A stretch of DNA of 62,938 nt, filler included, from Choristocarpus tenellus KU-1152 (lineage: Eukaryota > Protista > Phaeophyceae): the NCBI GenBank assembly GCA_964200185.2. It is 10 parts of 10 records of this genome, joined end to end, with 100 filler letters (N's around TTAATTAATTAA, not from the genome) between each part and the next. Parts side by side here need not be neighbours in the genome. Positions count along the whole stretch, not along the records: positions 35,038 to 47,121 come from CAXNAD020001984.1; positions 47,222 to 54,071 come from CAXNAD020007220.1; 8 more parts are not named here. The stretch is one strand, 5' to 3'. This document shows, piece by piece, positions 37,901 to 51,745 of the stretch. The translations under genes were made by a program, and so were the position numbers. Position 1 is the first letter of the stretch; each line of letters starts with the position of its first letter. A model generated the notes under the pieces. The model made no database searches. It was not told the DNA's origin and saw nothing but the letters and a program-made list of their open reading frames with translations.

Positions 37901-40900
37901 TACACTATACTACATCACCCCTACCCTACAATCACATCACAACAAACTTCAGTATGTTGAAAGAGGAGCACATGAATATTGATGACTTCCATTCTAAAGA
38001 CGGGAAGCGTAAAGAACAATCACCTATCAACAAAGGCAAGGTAATTTAGGTGTTTACTCACCACGTTACCGATTGGGTCTAACCCACTCCTAAGTTTGGT
38101 CATATTCCTTCTTTGCAACTAGGTAACAACTCTGTTGAACATGTCCCATAGTAGAAGGTGATACCTCAATACGGCAGTCATGCGACAAGCATCAGCACGT
38201 TAGAGGGATGGTCGCCACTCGTCAATCTCTTCAGGACCTTCGGCACCCTTATGGACACTCCAACAAATGTTCACCTCTCTCAGTTGACGTATCCGAGGAT
38301 GCTTCCAAAAATGTCGAATGGGGCAAACGTGCGATACGAGGGATGACATCGATTTCAAACCTGCATGATCATACCACAGTGTCTGATTGACTAGCGAGGG
38401 TCATGGGGATGGGTACCGTTATAATCAGATTACTACGAACAGAGACTCTCTGCCTATAGATAGGGGTGATGAGGAGGTGTTCGCTGGATAAGCCCACCCA
38501 GTTCCAAGTCAACCAAGTCTCTGATACGCTGGCGATTCATGGATTGGTAACTCGGGCGCTTTTCGCGACTTGAAGAAGATAGTGTAGACTTTTGTACACG
38601 TGAATACTGGTTTCAGTTTTTCACTCTCCACACACTAGATTCGGTTCGGTACTCTGAACCAATGGGGGAGATTTTGGTTAGAAGTGACTCCTCAACCACG
38701 AAATATTCAAGACCTGTGACTGTATCTATGGCGAACATGTTCAAAATTGGGATCTTCAGATCGAAATCGATGTAGTATAATATACTAATGGGAAATGCAG
38801 GATATAAGTTCAAAATGGACCAAAGAAGAACAAGGAACATGTTTTGCGGTTGGAAAGGAACGTCGTTCAGGTTTTTTGTGGATGGGAGGTTAGGGTAGAG
38901 TGATAAAGGAGACCCAAAGTCCCACAAAATCCATCGTCTCACTTCCTGTAGCATAGGTGAGTGGTGGTTGTTGTCGGTCCATATTTCGCATGAATACAAT
39001 CTGCACCATCCATTCAGATTACCTCTATCTTGCTTGAACACATCGTTGTAACGTACTTCCCTTCCAACCTGTATCACGCACAGGGCAGACAAGTATGTCT
39101 CCAACAACAGACCAGGATGGGAACAAGATGACAGCGACAGTGTTCTTTATCGGACCTGGGCGATATTTGACTTGGCACGATGACCTATGTTCGTTAGTAG
39201 TCTGGCACTCTTTACCCCTCCGTTCGCACTCAATGTTCCCAGTGCGAAAGGTCCGTCCCCTGATGAACGTTTGTACCCAATTCTATAAAGGGAGTCACTT
39301 TGTGACCTACCTACTGCTATACCTCATTTGGACAAGATGAGTTTTTTTTGTTAGATGTATTTTGGGCACATGGGGGTGAGAAGTTCCCTTCGTCGGACCT
39401 ATCGATGTGCGAAAGAAGTTGGTTTGAGCTGGGGGCGACAAACGACCGAGGTGGTAGGTAGTGTGGCCTGCGCTCCAATTTGTGTTTCTGTGTTCGTACG
39501 TATCTGCGCTCGAGTGAGTGTGTAGCGAATATGCTCTTTCTTTCTTTCTTAGAGTTGTCCCTCACAACAACAAATATTGTGTCCTTGGTCCTAGCACCTC
39601 GTGTTGCAATTCGTTTCTTCACAGGTTGTTAACACAGTTTCACTGGTCTCCGTAGCGTTATGCACTCGGACGATGCTGTTGCGACAATGCTGTGGAGCGA
39701 TGATTCTGATCACAACTCCTGTGTCTTACCTGCAATAACCATAATGGGCAACTGTCGACCTTCTCTGGTCAGGATGGGATACTTGAGGGTGCAATGATGT
39801 GAGTGGGTAACGGGGGGCGATACGCTGAGGGGGAGTGAGGAGGGGAAGCTTCGCCAGTTAGGGCATGGAGGGAATTGTGTGGTTTGTGCATTAGGAAAAA
39901 GTAGAAAAATGTTCACTAGCTAGCAGACACGATACTCCAGCTGCACCAGGAGGGATGGCATATGGGGGGAGCTGTACCTGGATAGCAGGGATGTATGATA
40001 CCTGGGTGGAAGGGTTGGGATATGCCAGGGGAAGTCTGTGGCTGCCTATGCAGTTTTTTTTATGATTGAGCTAAGAACGTACATGTGCAGCTGTGGGATC
40101 TGTGTGTAAGTTTGACCTTGAAAGTGTCAAATAGGAAAGTTCAGAGTTGAAATAGAGGTATCATTGACCAGGGCCTTCCAGACAGCATGAAAACAAAATT
40201 GAGTCAATCATTGCATCAGTATTGCTTAAAAAATTGTTGGAGTACAGGGTGAAGGGAAGGTAGGGGTATGTGGCATTAGGTACAGGTATCCACCCTTCGC
40301 ATGTAATGATGGGTCCTGACATCTTCATTAAGAATATTGATGTATGATTCTTGAGTTCATGGTAATCATAACAGTACCTACCAACCTTTAGTGGAGTGAA
40401 GAAGAATATACCTGGTATTCAAATAGCAAATAGATATTGGAAAGACATCTTCCACATTTTTATGACAACTGCTACTTTAAAAGGGGTACTTGTGATATTG
40501 GTTTGGCTTTCTCCCTTTGACATGTCTTCAAAATCTCACAGGGTAAAAAAATTATATATATTATTACTGAAAGATTTTACACGTCAGGTTTTCGCATCAT
40601 TGGGCAAAAAAGAGACCCACAAAAAAGAAGGGTTTGGGGCAACCGACCTATCCAGTGTCTTTAATAGAACCATATATTTCGGTGACAAACTCAGGAACTT
40701 AGTCAATAAGAAACCCTGATGGTCGTACGTACACACAACTAATTCCACATATACTGTCAACAGATTTTTTCGTGCTCTCACACTGTACCGCCAAACCTTA
40801 TTTTGCACTGTATATGTGACACATATTTTATGTATACTAATATTTTGTGATGTGTCAGCGAAACAAAAAGACAAAGATCGACCCTATAAGGAGCTCTTTC

Positions 40901-43900
40901 CCAACAGTAGTGGTCATTTCCAAACTACATGTCTTTAAAACTGTCTGTACTGACACTGTCATAATTTACACTGGCATTATGCACACGTGACAAGGGAGGA
41001 ATAAGACATAGACCAAAACTAGCACAATTCCTTAGAAATCTCTGCAATACTAACTTCTACATATACCATAATGTCACCTGAGGAATTGTTCATTACAAAC
41101 CAATTGTCCACACTACCCTGTTCCTAGCCTAGCCCTACAAAGGTGGTCAAGGAGTTAGGAAGAACCCCAAGAATGTGTGAGGCCCCTTCGTGCCCATGGA
41201 TCTGGTGGCACTCCAGTTTGAAACGAATCACACGCCTCCGAAGAGCCTTTACCTGTACAGATACAAGTATTATCTGTTTAAAATGAGTCTTGAAGGGCTC
41301 TTTCCCCCTCTCCCACTACCACACAGGTGGCTGAGTCATCATGGAAAAAACTCAGCTTGCTAGCCGAGGCGCCCAAGACTTTCCACCGCAAAAGTGCTCA
41401 GAAAAAAAATTGCAAGGATCAAAAGATGCCTCAAAGTGGGTTTGCTTTCGTGCATGTTATTCATTTTGAATTGCAGAAAGTTAGGTTGCAAAAGCAGTTT
41501 TGGTCAGGATAGTTGCTAACTGAACTCACCCTGGAACATCATGAGGGATCTCATCAGACTGGGAACAGTGAATGGAAACAGAAGGGGTAAACAGTGCCAG
41601 AGACTGCTAACAAACATCACTCACTGAAGGTACGGGAGGCTAGCAAAGTAGAAACTCCTTGAGAGAGGTACTCATTTATCCCTTTTGTGGTATTGGGTGC
41701 AAGCAAAGGGAAATACTGTCAGGCAATGCATTTGGATAACATTAGGGTTAAAAAGTCAATGGACCGTGCAGCATGTTGTCATGCAAAATAGAGCAAGTTC
41801 AGGATGGGTACATTTTTAATTTCCAGTGTTGAAAACTTTGTATCATTTCAATTTTTTGTTCGAGAGAGCCAGCTCTTCCCTACCCTAGCCATGGTAGTAC
41901 ACCCGCATTAATCTCAACAAGGGATCTTCACCCTAGTACTTAAGAAAACAAAATCTTGAGGAATGTACAAGACATTTACAAGTTCTATCGTAGTGCCAAA
42001 AAAAACACAAATTGAAAACTAGAAAAGCAGAGAAACCCGAAGGTGAATCCACTACCACCCACAAAAGGTTGAGTCATAACAGATTTATCAAGGTAAAAAA
42101 ACACCCCACCCATCACTTGTCACTCAATAGAAAAAAAAGGGAAAGAGAAGAAAAAACAGAAACGGAAGAAATATCAAACCAAGATAAGATAATACATTGT
42201 GAAAAAGCACTGTCCAATAGACAAGGTTGGTGGTGGAGTTGGTTGAATGGGTGACCTTGTCAGCTGCTTTAGCATGATGTACATTTATCAGTAATCACAG
42301 CTTACTTGGAATGCCGTTCTTCCTTGGAGCTCATTGTGCGGCAGCCAAATAAGTCACTCATACCACTGTTGTTGGGTAGTACCCTAGGTGCTCCATCCTT
42401 CAACTAGAAATATTATCCCAAACTTCTCATCAAGGTTGTCTTGACAGCAATCCCACTGGTTCTTCTCCTATCCTTCTTGCTTTCATATTTCAGGCACAAC
42501 CTTGCCAAACCTCAACATGTTGGGAAGTTGGTATTCCCCATATGTTTGTGTTCAACTAACCCAGCAAATAAGAGTCGGTTTAGGCATAGAGACCCCAATA
42601 CTCTCACGCCCAATCTTCATCTTAGGGGCATCTTTGTAAGACATATGTGATCTGCGCATTCCTGAGTGCGAAATCAAACCAATGCAACGCAAAAGGAGTT
42701 TAAGGTGATGGGAGCGAAGCTTCAGATGGTGGACCGTGGGGGAAAGAGCACAAATTACACAGTCGATCATAGAACAGTCAAAGTGAATCAATATGTTCTC
42801 AGAGGGGTTCTTCGAAATGTGTACATGATGTGTTGTAAACTTCCTGAAAAAAATGATGCCTTAAGAAGAGATGGAGTGATAAAGGTGAACTGCAAAGACA
42901 TTGGCATAACAATGTAACATTCGGAAGAGAAAACAAGTCAACAACACATACCCAATTCCGTGTGGGTCAACCATCTCTCAGGTTTTGTTGTTCACTTCCT
43001 TATATTATTATATCAACAGTGTATTGCATACAGGAAATCCTTAGCGTATACTAACAAGAGGAGCTGTACATAAATTTGTGTATTTCAAAAATAGGTGCAA
43101 GAAACCTACCTCAACGACAACCATATACAATTGCGTAGAATTTCTACTGTGATAGTTATAGTTGAGCATATTATTATGCCCTCTATCATTTTCCAGATAT
43201 GTCAGGGAAAAAACAACGAAAAGTCAATTCAATACCATAAGAACCCCTGCAAAAGTAACAGTTGTCGTAAGTGTGAAATTTTTCCTTTCTACTAGTTGAC
43301 TATCAGTTATCCTACACCACTCCCCTCCTATACCTCCAACCTACCTTAGCCCTAAACTACAGGGCGAGGAGCTAGAAAAGCATCCCAAGAATCTGACGGG
43401 TCCCTCGTTGCTCATCTCCCTGGTGTCTCCAGCTTAAAATGCATGACACGGGTCTTGATAGAGCCATTCGTGTTACGACACTGTATGTCGTAAACGTGAT
43501 TTGACAGCTCCTCTTCCTGCTGTAGCCTCCCGCCACTTCTCCCCCTACCATGTGCGTAGCAAACTTATTCAAGAAAAAACTTTACTTGCTTGCCGAAGCC
43601 CCCAAAACCTTCCACCACCAAGGTGTTATGGTTAAAGCTACGAGGGTAAAAACAACTCTCATAGTGGGTGAGCTTTCGCGCCTTGCTGCAACAGAAGCTG
43701 CACCAATTCCTGGTGGATACGTGTGGCAGATAGGATGCTGCTTGCACATCTATAAACGCAACATCCAGGAGAAGGCCATTATCCTGGTAGGAGCTGATCT
43801 GGCGTCTACAAGTACTTCAGCATGAAAGACAAGATCTATCCGGAAATTTCGGTCCACTGTGAATGGGCTACCGTCATTCCCCCTCGTCCCTTGCTCTACA

Positions 43901-44317
43901 CCACCTCGTAGGGTGGTCAATTGCGTCCACCAAGAGTCGAGCCTGATCCTGTTTAGAAAATGGGTAATCTCGTCTTGTTCCCTCCTTGTGATGCTCGTTA
44001 TTGACCATAATAAAAACCTTCTTCGTCTCACCAATTTAATCAATCGAAGAGAAAGTGGATGCCTCCATCACCGATTGGTTGCAATAATAATAAACTATTT
44101 CCAATACCACCTTACTCCTAATCATACAACTGTAAGGTCACCACAACCTTCCCCCTGTATACAAACAAATCCTTAACAACGATAGAAACATCAAATAAGT
44201 ATTACATTTTATTCTGAATAATAGTATGAAAGGGCCTTTCACCACCTTTTTAGATATAAAATAACAATACCGCAAAGATTGAAATGATGTCGAAAACATT
44301 CCTGTCCAGCATGATCT

Positions 44318-45478
44318 ATGTTGGAAGGTGGACTAGAGGTGGATTTTGAACAACAACCAATGGATCCTTCACCAACACCAAAGGTTCACCTAGAAAAAAG
44401 AAAGATGTGGATTCTAGAAGAATGTCAAGTCCAACGAAAATCTCGATATTTCCCCAATCATGTCGAACTCAATAAGGATGTGTTGCGACACCTCATCCAG
44501 CTCACATCTCCCAATGAATTTCTGTATGTGGCGGGGGTATCTCGAAAATGGAAACAAACTTGGATGACCGATCGCTCCACCACAACTAATATGAGCTCGG
44601 TCGTCCAGTCCGCTTCCCGGCTGGCTTGGGCGAGGAATTGTGGTTGTCCCTGGAATGAGAACACTTGTGCCCAGGTTGCCAAGGATGGTGACCTGGAAGT
44701 CTTGATGTATGCAAGGGCTCGAGATTGTCCGTGGGATGCTCGGACTTGTTCCAATGCCGCAAAGGAAAAACAACTAGATTGCTTGAAGTGGGCCCGGGAC
44801 AATGGTTGTCCATGGGATTCCAGGACCTGCTCCTTTGCTGCGAGAGAAGGTCACCTTGATGTGCTTCAGTGGGCTAGGGCCAATGGCTGTCCATGGATCG
44901 GAGGAACTTGCTCTCGTGTTGGTCGTGGGGGACACCTCAATGCGTTGAAATGGGCAAAGACGAACGAGTGCTCTTGGGATGGAATGGCATATTCCTTTCC
45001 CGCCTTGGGAGGTCAACTGGATACCTTGAGGCGGACCAAGCCCAACGACTGCCCCTGGGATGAAAGACCTTGGAATGAAGGGACCTGTTCCAGTGCTGCG
45101 GAAGGGGGTCACCTAGACATCCTGATTTGGGCCAGGGCACACGGCTGCCCATGGGATACTCGAACATGTTCGGCTGCCGCTTCGAAGGGTCACCTGGAAG
45201 TACTCATCTGGGCTAGAAGCAATGGTTGCCCCTGGGATGCAGGGACCTGCCAACAAGCTGCTATTGGGGGCCACCTGAACATCTTGAAGTGGGCAAGGGC
45301 CCATGACTGCCCTTGGGACGAGTGGACCTGTTTCTCTGCCATTGATGCGGGACACGTGCACATCCTGCAGTGGGCAAGGGCCAATGGTTGCCCTTGTGAC
45401 GAAGTGACCTTATCTCCCACTATGGCTCGACAGTATCCGCAAGTTTTTACCTGGGCCATGGCGAATAGTTCATTTTAG
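44318..45478 (+). CDS. Ankyrin-like CPW-repeat protein with possible N-terminal F-box-like segment (386 aa, intronless)
   Basis: About 10 copies of a 27-aa repeat CPWD..TCS.AA..GHL..L.WAR.NG. N-terminal DVLRHLIQL..FLYVAGVSRKWK. The longest ORF in the window and apparently intact. Confidence 0.88.
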   Translation: MLEGGLEVDFEQQPMDPSPTPKVHLEKRKMWILEECQVQRKSRYFPNHVELNKDVLRHLIQLTSPNEFLYVAGVSRKWKQTWMTDRSTTTNMSSVVQSASRLAWARNCGCPWNENTCAQVAKDGDLEVLMYARARDCPWDARTCSNAAKEKQLDCLKWARDNGCPWDSRTCSFAAREGHLDVLQWARANGCPWIGGTCSRVGRGGHLNALKWAKTNECSWDGMAYSFPALGGQLDTLRRTKPNDCPWDERPWNEGTCSSAAEGGHLDILIWARAHGCPWDTRTCSAAASKGHLEVLIWARSNGCPWDAGTCQQAAIGGHLNILKWARAHDCPWDEWTCFSAIDAGHVHILQWARANGCPCDEVTLSPTMARQYPQVFTWAMANSSF

Positions 45479-47411
45479 TGCATTTGGCACAGTTTGTCTT
45501 GTTTCACGGCCCTAGGCCATTCAGTCGATTTCCTCATTTCCTCAGTGGGGAGGAGGGATGTATCCTGGAGAGGGCTGCTGGATTGATTGTTTATTTCTCT
45601 CCTGTAACAGGTACACCGATTTGTCCTTCTTGTTGGGTTGCCTTTCTATGGGAAGGTGATAAAGCGACTAGTTATTTCCCAACTCTCATTTATTGTGTTT
45701 CATTCTCCACTCTTGGTTATCGATTGTTACGAAGGTTATGAGATCAGCTACCAGTGGGAGGTGGTTGTGCCTCAGGACCTGAGATACGAGGGGTTTACTG
45801 GAGCAGGGGCCAGTGTGGCTTGTTGCAGAAGCATTGGTAGCAGATACCGTTCCAAATCTGTTTTGGTTGCTCTAGGTTTGTCCCTTTGCTTCAGCTTGAG
45901 TTTTCATCAGTCTCAGAGTGGGCAAGTTTCCTGTTGAGGATCTGTTGTTCCCGATGACGTGTGTGTTTGTACATGTTCCTAGAGATGGGATGTCAATAGG
46001 AGATGTGTGTGTGTGTTCATGGCCAGGTGGTTTCACAGAAGGTTCATTGAAACATGGTACTTCCATTGTATTGCCTCAGTGAACAGGTGAGGACAGATTC
46101 ATAACTTGTCCACCATATTTAGTTTGCTTGGCAATCGTCTTGGGAGGATTTATGTTCTAGAAGTGAGTGACTAGATATTCATTCAGTGCAAGGATCAGCA
46201 ACTCTGTGGTAACCCCAACCTCAAGCAATAGTAAAGAAAATTACTGAGTCATGATTCTAATTTTTGTCCAATTGGCACAAACACAACACAACTTCCTTGT
46301 GCTACTACTGAAAAGGCCTTGCACTCTTTTGTTTCACAGTCTGTTCACCCTATCAGAAGAATGTCTGGATGTCAATGAGATGGTGTGATTCTCATACATT
46401 GAATGTGATGAGTATATATGCTGTCATTTATCAACTCTGCAATCCATATTGTACCACAAATGGTGTCTCTTTTGGTTACCCTGCAGGGGGGCGAGTGGTT
46501 AATATTTTCCTTATAGAAGAGGTCTTCCTATACAAAAAGTTACATTTTCTCGTTTTTCCCAATCACATACTGTGGACATCAACACAGCAGTCACCAAGTT
46601 CTATCCTTAGCACACTCCTGTCGTACCACAACACTGCATTGGCATGCCTTAGTCCCTACCGCAAGGATGATCGAAGATGGAAATTGTTGTTTTCTCACCA
46701 ATACCCTATGAGTTAGAAACAATATTCAAGGTGAAGACATCAGAAAATTGAGCAAATGTGTATGTTTGAAAACAAGTACTGTCCTATTGCCTCCGTACTA
46801 ACTCCATGTTGTTTCCAATACCCAGTTTAGATATTGTTTTCTTGACATGTCCATTGGGGGCAGTCTGTGGCTAACAGCAGACAAAACAGTACAACCCACA
46901 CACAACTTGACTTTGTCCTCGTGTGAAAATTTGTTCCATTTTGGTACATTTGATTGTTTACATGTCTGTCACAAGTTCAAACTTGATACAAATGTCTTGG
47001 GAACCATCTGTCAACAGTGCCTCACATATGTGATGTCATCGACTCTGCAGCTGACCCAAAGTATATGGGGGGGGGGGGGTGGTGTCTACACCAGAGTGTC
47101 CATTTGGATAAAACCACGAAANNNNNNNNNNNNNNNNNNNNNNNNNNNNNNNNNNNNNNNNNNNNTTAATTAATTAANNNNNNNNNNNNNNNNNNNNNNN
47201 NNNNNNNNNNNNNNNNNNNNNCTCCCCAACTCTGCTCTTAGATCCCACCCCCCCCCCCCCCCCCCCCCCCCCCTCCCCTATTTTTTTTTCTCCCTGTTGC
47301 CTATCATCCATCACCGTTATCCTTTCTACTTTTTGCTTTCTTTTTTTCTTTTGCATGTTTTGAAACGCGTATGTGCGTGCGAACGCGCGTATTTCTTATT
47401 TTTATTTCCAG

Positions 47412-47532
47412 ATCGGCAATTGAACGGTGGCTCTTGGAACACAATACTAGCCCCGTCACAGGGGAACCCCTGGAGACCAAGGTTTTGTTCAAGAATTGGT
47501 CCCTGCTCAGCACCCACAGCACGTCCCCCTAG
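47412..47532 (+). CDS. Terminal exon encoding the C-terminal half of a U-box domain (E3 ligase-type); absent from the ORF track
   Basis: Polypyrimidine TTTCCAG acceptor, then SAIERWLLEHNTSPVTGEPLETKVLFKNWSLLSTHSTSP*, matching the U-box pattern R.AIE.W....TSP.T..PL....L.PN..L. Confidence 0.8.
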
Positions 47533-47902
47533 CCCCTGACCGGAGACCGTGGCAAACTGAGGGGGGTTGAGCGGCGGGGCCCATCTTGGTGATGGGTTCA
47601 GATACTGTTGGTCGTAGAGGTGATCCGTGTATGTTTGTTCTGTGTGTAAGGTGCTTTGTTGGGAAGACTTCACCAACTGTCACATGGAGGTATACCTGAT
47701 CTTTTGTATGCTTGCGGTCCCGTTGGTTGCACAGGGAACGACGGCCCCGGCGAGGTGATGGGTGAGGACTCATTTTTTTTTCTCCTCTCTCTCTCTCTTG
47801 TGGAGGTGGCAAAAGAACCAAGCTCCACGACATGTACCTGTTGCTGTTGTTATTTTGTTGATGTTGGCAAGTTGTGTGAAGAACAAGAACAAGGATCTCT
47901 CT

Positions 47903-47924
47903 CTGTGTGTGTGTGTGTGTGTGT
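47903..47924. repeat. (TG)n microsatellite
   Basis: About 10 TG units downstream of the U-box exon. Confidence 0.85.
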
Positions 47925-49285
47925 ATTTCTGTGCCATTTTCTTTTTTCTTATCTGATCTCGGCACAATACCATGTGATGTTTTCCTTGAGGTTTGTTCGC
48001 TGGATTGACCAAGTGCCTCCACTTTGACGGGCATGGTCTTATCTTTTTCACTCCTCCTCCTCCTTCTCCTTCTAGAGTCTTTGGGATTGAAATCCATGGG
48101 TGGAATAGAAAAAAGGTCTGCCCGCCTCCAGCCTTTGCTTTGTATGTACTTCCACACAGGAAATGCAAGGAAATAGTGTTGGACCATTTTGATTGCAGTG
48201 TTGGTTTAGTTTTTGTATATATTTTGATGCATGTGCATTTCGAAATCCGCTTGTTATATTGTGGTTCTGTGTTTTCCTCCTCCAAGTGTTTTTAAGGAGC
48301 GGTGTTTTATTGTATGTTGTGATGATTCTTTAGTGCAATCTGTCGACTGTTATTGCATGTATTGTAGTGTGATGATTGTCCTCCAACTTGTGGTGTAATG
48401 AATGATGTTTACTTGTGGTGTTTGTATGATTTAAGGCATATCTTCTTCTAGGTACCTCTAGCTGTATCCGTGTGATGAGAATATGCAAGGAGATCAGATC
48501 AAGACACAAATCAATTTTTGGGAAGACTGGCAAGGGTTGATTTGAATGTAAATAGATCCATAGAGCCATCTGTGCATCATCGATCAGGAGTAGGTTGAAG
48601 GGTAGAACCCTCCCCTGCCTCCCCCGACTTAATCTTTTCCTTAATGTAAAGTCACCACCTGTCAGCCTTCTGGCACCCAAGGAATGCAAGATTATGCTGT
48701 TGAGGCCATTGGTTGGTTGGAGTCTCTGCAATTAAAGCAACATCGGAAATATGTAGCAAGTTTGGACAGTAGGGTGTAAGTTAGCTCCACAAAAGGTTCC
48801 TCCTGGACAGTCAATCGTGACCAAGGTTGTTACCCTCCATCCATACAGTCCTCGTACGCGCGCGTTTCGCCTCTATTTCCACTAACGGAAGACCACCCTT
48901 ATCGACTCCTAGATTAAACACACATCGAGTATCGGAAAAAATTCTGTAACGATCGTGGCTGTCCTTACACTGACAAAACACACAGGGGGCGAATCGTCTA
49001 TACGCACTTCTCCACCAATACCAGTCCGTCCAGTTTCGCTACATTCATCCCATTAAATTATGCATCTCTCTGCCAAACGTCACATACACGCAAAACAACA
49101 CGTTATGAATTTTTCCCTATATCAACGCCTGCACTAATATCAACACTTGTTAATAGCAATTAGTTCGATATACTCTCCCTAGTTATTGCATCGCATTGGA
49201 TCGTTCACGGTATGCTGCTCACATTCTCACAGAGTCTAACATATACCACCTCTTTCCCGACACATACCAACACCATACCCGTTAG

Positions 49286-51745
49286 TATTGGATAGATAGC
49301 GAGGGCAGACTGCACAGTAACACGTTTGCGAAACTTCTCCAGAAAGACACCTTCATAAGCCAGGAGATAGTTCACCTTCTTGCATACAAGATCGACCATT
49401 TGGGACGACACGACCAACGTTTCCCGATCTTCAGTGGCATAAAGTCATGTACAGGTCCTTCACTGGTCGACGTACCGATGGTGACTCCTGTATATTGATA
49501 CACACCGAGATGTCGTGCTCCTGCACGAACTGTTCCATCGGCAACGTCGCCAACTGTAAGTGCCAACTAACCCACGTGACCCCGCTGAAGGAGATAGACC
49601 TCGTATTTTCCATAAAGGTTGGAATAGGCGATACGTACCTGAGGAGTCACCTCTCGAAGAAGAAGATGCAGCTCGCGGTGGGGAACATATGCGTTGTGCG
49701 GACGGAGCCATCGGAGTACAATGGGCTAGAGTCCTTGTCGTTCACTGTGTACGGTAAGGACACGGTTTGGAACGCCAGTGACCATTCCAGCTATGGAGGG
49801 ATGTTCAGTGCTGGCGATGAGGTGGTCTTTATCATTGAAGACTTCGAGGTGTTGAAGTGCCACCTTCGTTGATGAAGTGCTGACAATTCGCATGTGACAA
49901 ACGGTATTTGTTATGAACAATCCTCTCTTCTTCTGTACAAAGATCATATACAATATGTGTATTGGTCTACAGCACAATATTCAAAGTTGAAAGAATTTTA
50001 ATAAACACTTATTCTAAGTACAACTATTTTGTTTCTGTGCGTCGTTTAACGTTAGCTACAGCACACATTCCAGAACTTTCACAGAATTTCTAAAAACAAT
50101 ATTCAAACTAGAATTGTCTTATGTTTTTTTCCCTTCCGAAATCTATGCTAAATATTGTTTCAGTTCTTGTCAAGGGAAACATGCTAACAGTCACTCCTAT
50201 CAACCCAACCCTAACAACAAAAATTGCCATATCCCTGCAGGACACACAACCAGGTCTCCGCGTCGTCCCCCTTGAGGCTATCCTAATCCCTGACTTCACA
50301 GATATTCACCACAACAAACGGGACGACACGTTCACTATCCTGCCTGGCCAATACCAGAGGTTCACTTCGGAATCCATCCGGTAATCCATCGGTGGGATAC
50401 CTGCTTGCTTCTCAAGGCAACTCAGACTTGGGGACACATCCGATGCCAAGTTCGGCCGAGCCACTGGCTTTATCCTATGTGCGAGTGGGGATACTATCGT
50501 ACAGGGGGAGGTCCGCGACGTTCACATAGGCGATTCGATATCTACTCTGTGTCTTACCTTCGAGACGATCGGGAGAATTCCTTTCCTCCTCGACGGAGGT
50601 CATACATGTTTGTGTGTTCATTCATTGAGACGCTCAAATGAAGAAATGCATGCTCTGTGAAGAAGCTTGTCACCTTAGCTGAGAAGGGTTTCGAAGGATG
50701 TTTGTAGGTCTGGTTATATCGCATCCTGCCCTGTGTCTGGTACATGTATTGCAAGAGTGAGCTTGATGGATTATGAGGGGGCAATGCCAGACAAGAAAAA
50801 TAATGATCAACATGTGATATGCACCTGATATCCTCTTTGTGTGAAGAAGAAGAAACAAGTACACAAACATGAATCAATAGCTGTGAGAACTGATTCGACA
50901 AATGATATGCCTGTATGTGTGATAGGAAGCGACTGTTCTTATGCCTCCTATGTACTGTGGTGTTCTGAAGGTGATTGACGGTGTTGTGATGAGGAGCTAA
51001 TGAGCTAAGGGAGAATAGTGACCACTATAATGGACAAATTTGTTGAACTATCCCACACTGGACACGCGGCTTTTATGGTGCTTTAATGAAGGACAAGAAC
51101 AGCTTGGTGTAGATGAACAATGTTAGAAATACAAAGGGCTTGGTCTCGATTCCGCTGACTGAGCTCGTGGGTGAGACTCTAGCCTTAACTACCATCATTA
51201 CTATATAGTGTGGGGTTTGTAATCGTCCACACTAATTTACTATGAATTACTTATTTACTTATCTTAAGTATAATAGGAAGTGTATCTTGAACATGATATA
51301 AACAATCAACACTATGAGTCAGTACATATAATATATCTGTCACTGGCTCTCTACCCTATCGCATAATCCACCAGTAGTGGTGTCTATAGTGTATCAGCAG
51401 CACTATCTACGAACAAAATCAACATTCAGTATGGACTGACGATACTGTATCGTATCAAAACAAATCAAATGATATGAGTAGACTATGTTTTAACAATAAA
51501 CACTTTATGCCAGTGCCAATGGGAGGAGACTGTACTTCCGACGGGACTGTCAGTGGATGCGAGGGACCTTGACCAGGTACCAGTCCCACTACACAGTGAG
51601 AGTTGGAGAGGAGCGAGTCAGATATTCCTATGAGGTGAAATGGGAGAATGGCGAGGAGGGAATATTCAGCCTGTTGCAGAACGATACAGTGCAGAACAGG
51701 ACGCTCCTACACGGGCCTGGTTCTCGACAAGTCACACATTGCTGT
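49286..51745 (+). pseudogene. Sola2-like transposase gene, 3' exons (copy 2)
   Basis: Exon starts after GTTAG| at 49286 (YWIDSEGRLHSNT..GIKSMYRSF..SCSCTNC). The next exon starts after CTGCAG| at 50241 (DTQPG..ILPGQYQRFTSES). The last part is at ~51515-51745 (GRRLYFR..WMRGTL..YEVKWENG). Disrupted by a solo LTR and unrelated sequence. Confidence 0.7.
51041..51415 (+). mobile_element. Solo LTR (375 bp; strand arbitrary)
   Basis: TGTTGAACTATCCC..CTACGAACA. 5-bp flanks AAATT/AAATC. Confidence 0.82.

Noticed and set aside
44414-45459. Multiple antisense ORFs over the ankyrin gene
   Set aside because: Shadow frames of a repetitive coding sequence.
44318-47532. Ankyrin/F-box-like gene plus U-box exon as a ubiquitin gene cluster
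   Set aside because: They are separated by an artificial spacer at 47122-47221, so linkage is unproven.
47507-48295. Long ORFs of 226 and 171 aa
   Set aside because: Low-complexity, microsatellite-rich sequence, probably the 3' UTR of the U-box gene.
48540-48660. YIKEKIKSGE as a Copia RNase H end
   Set aside because: Too short, and the flanking motifs are not recoverable.
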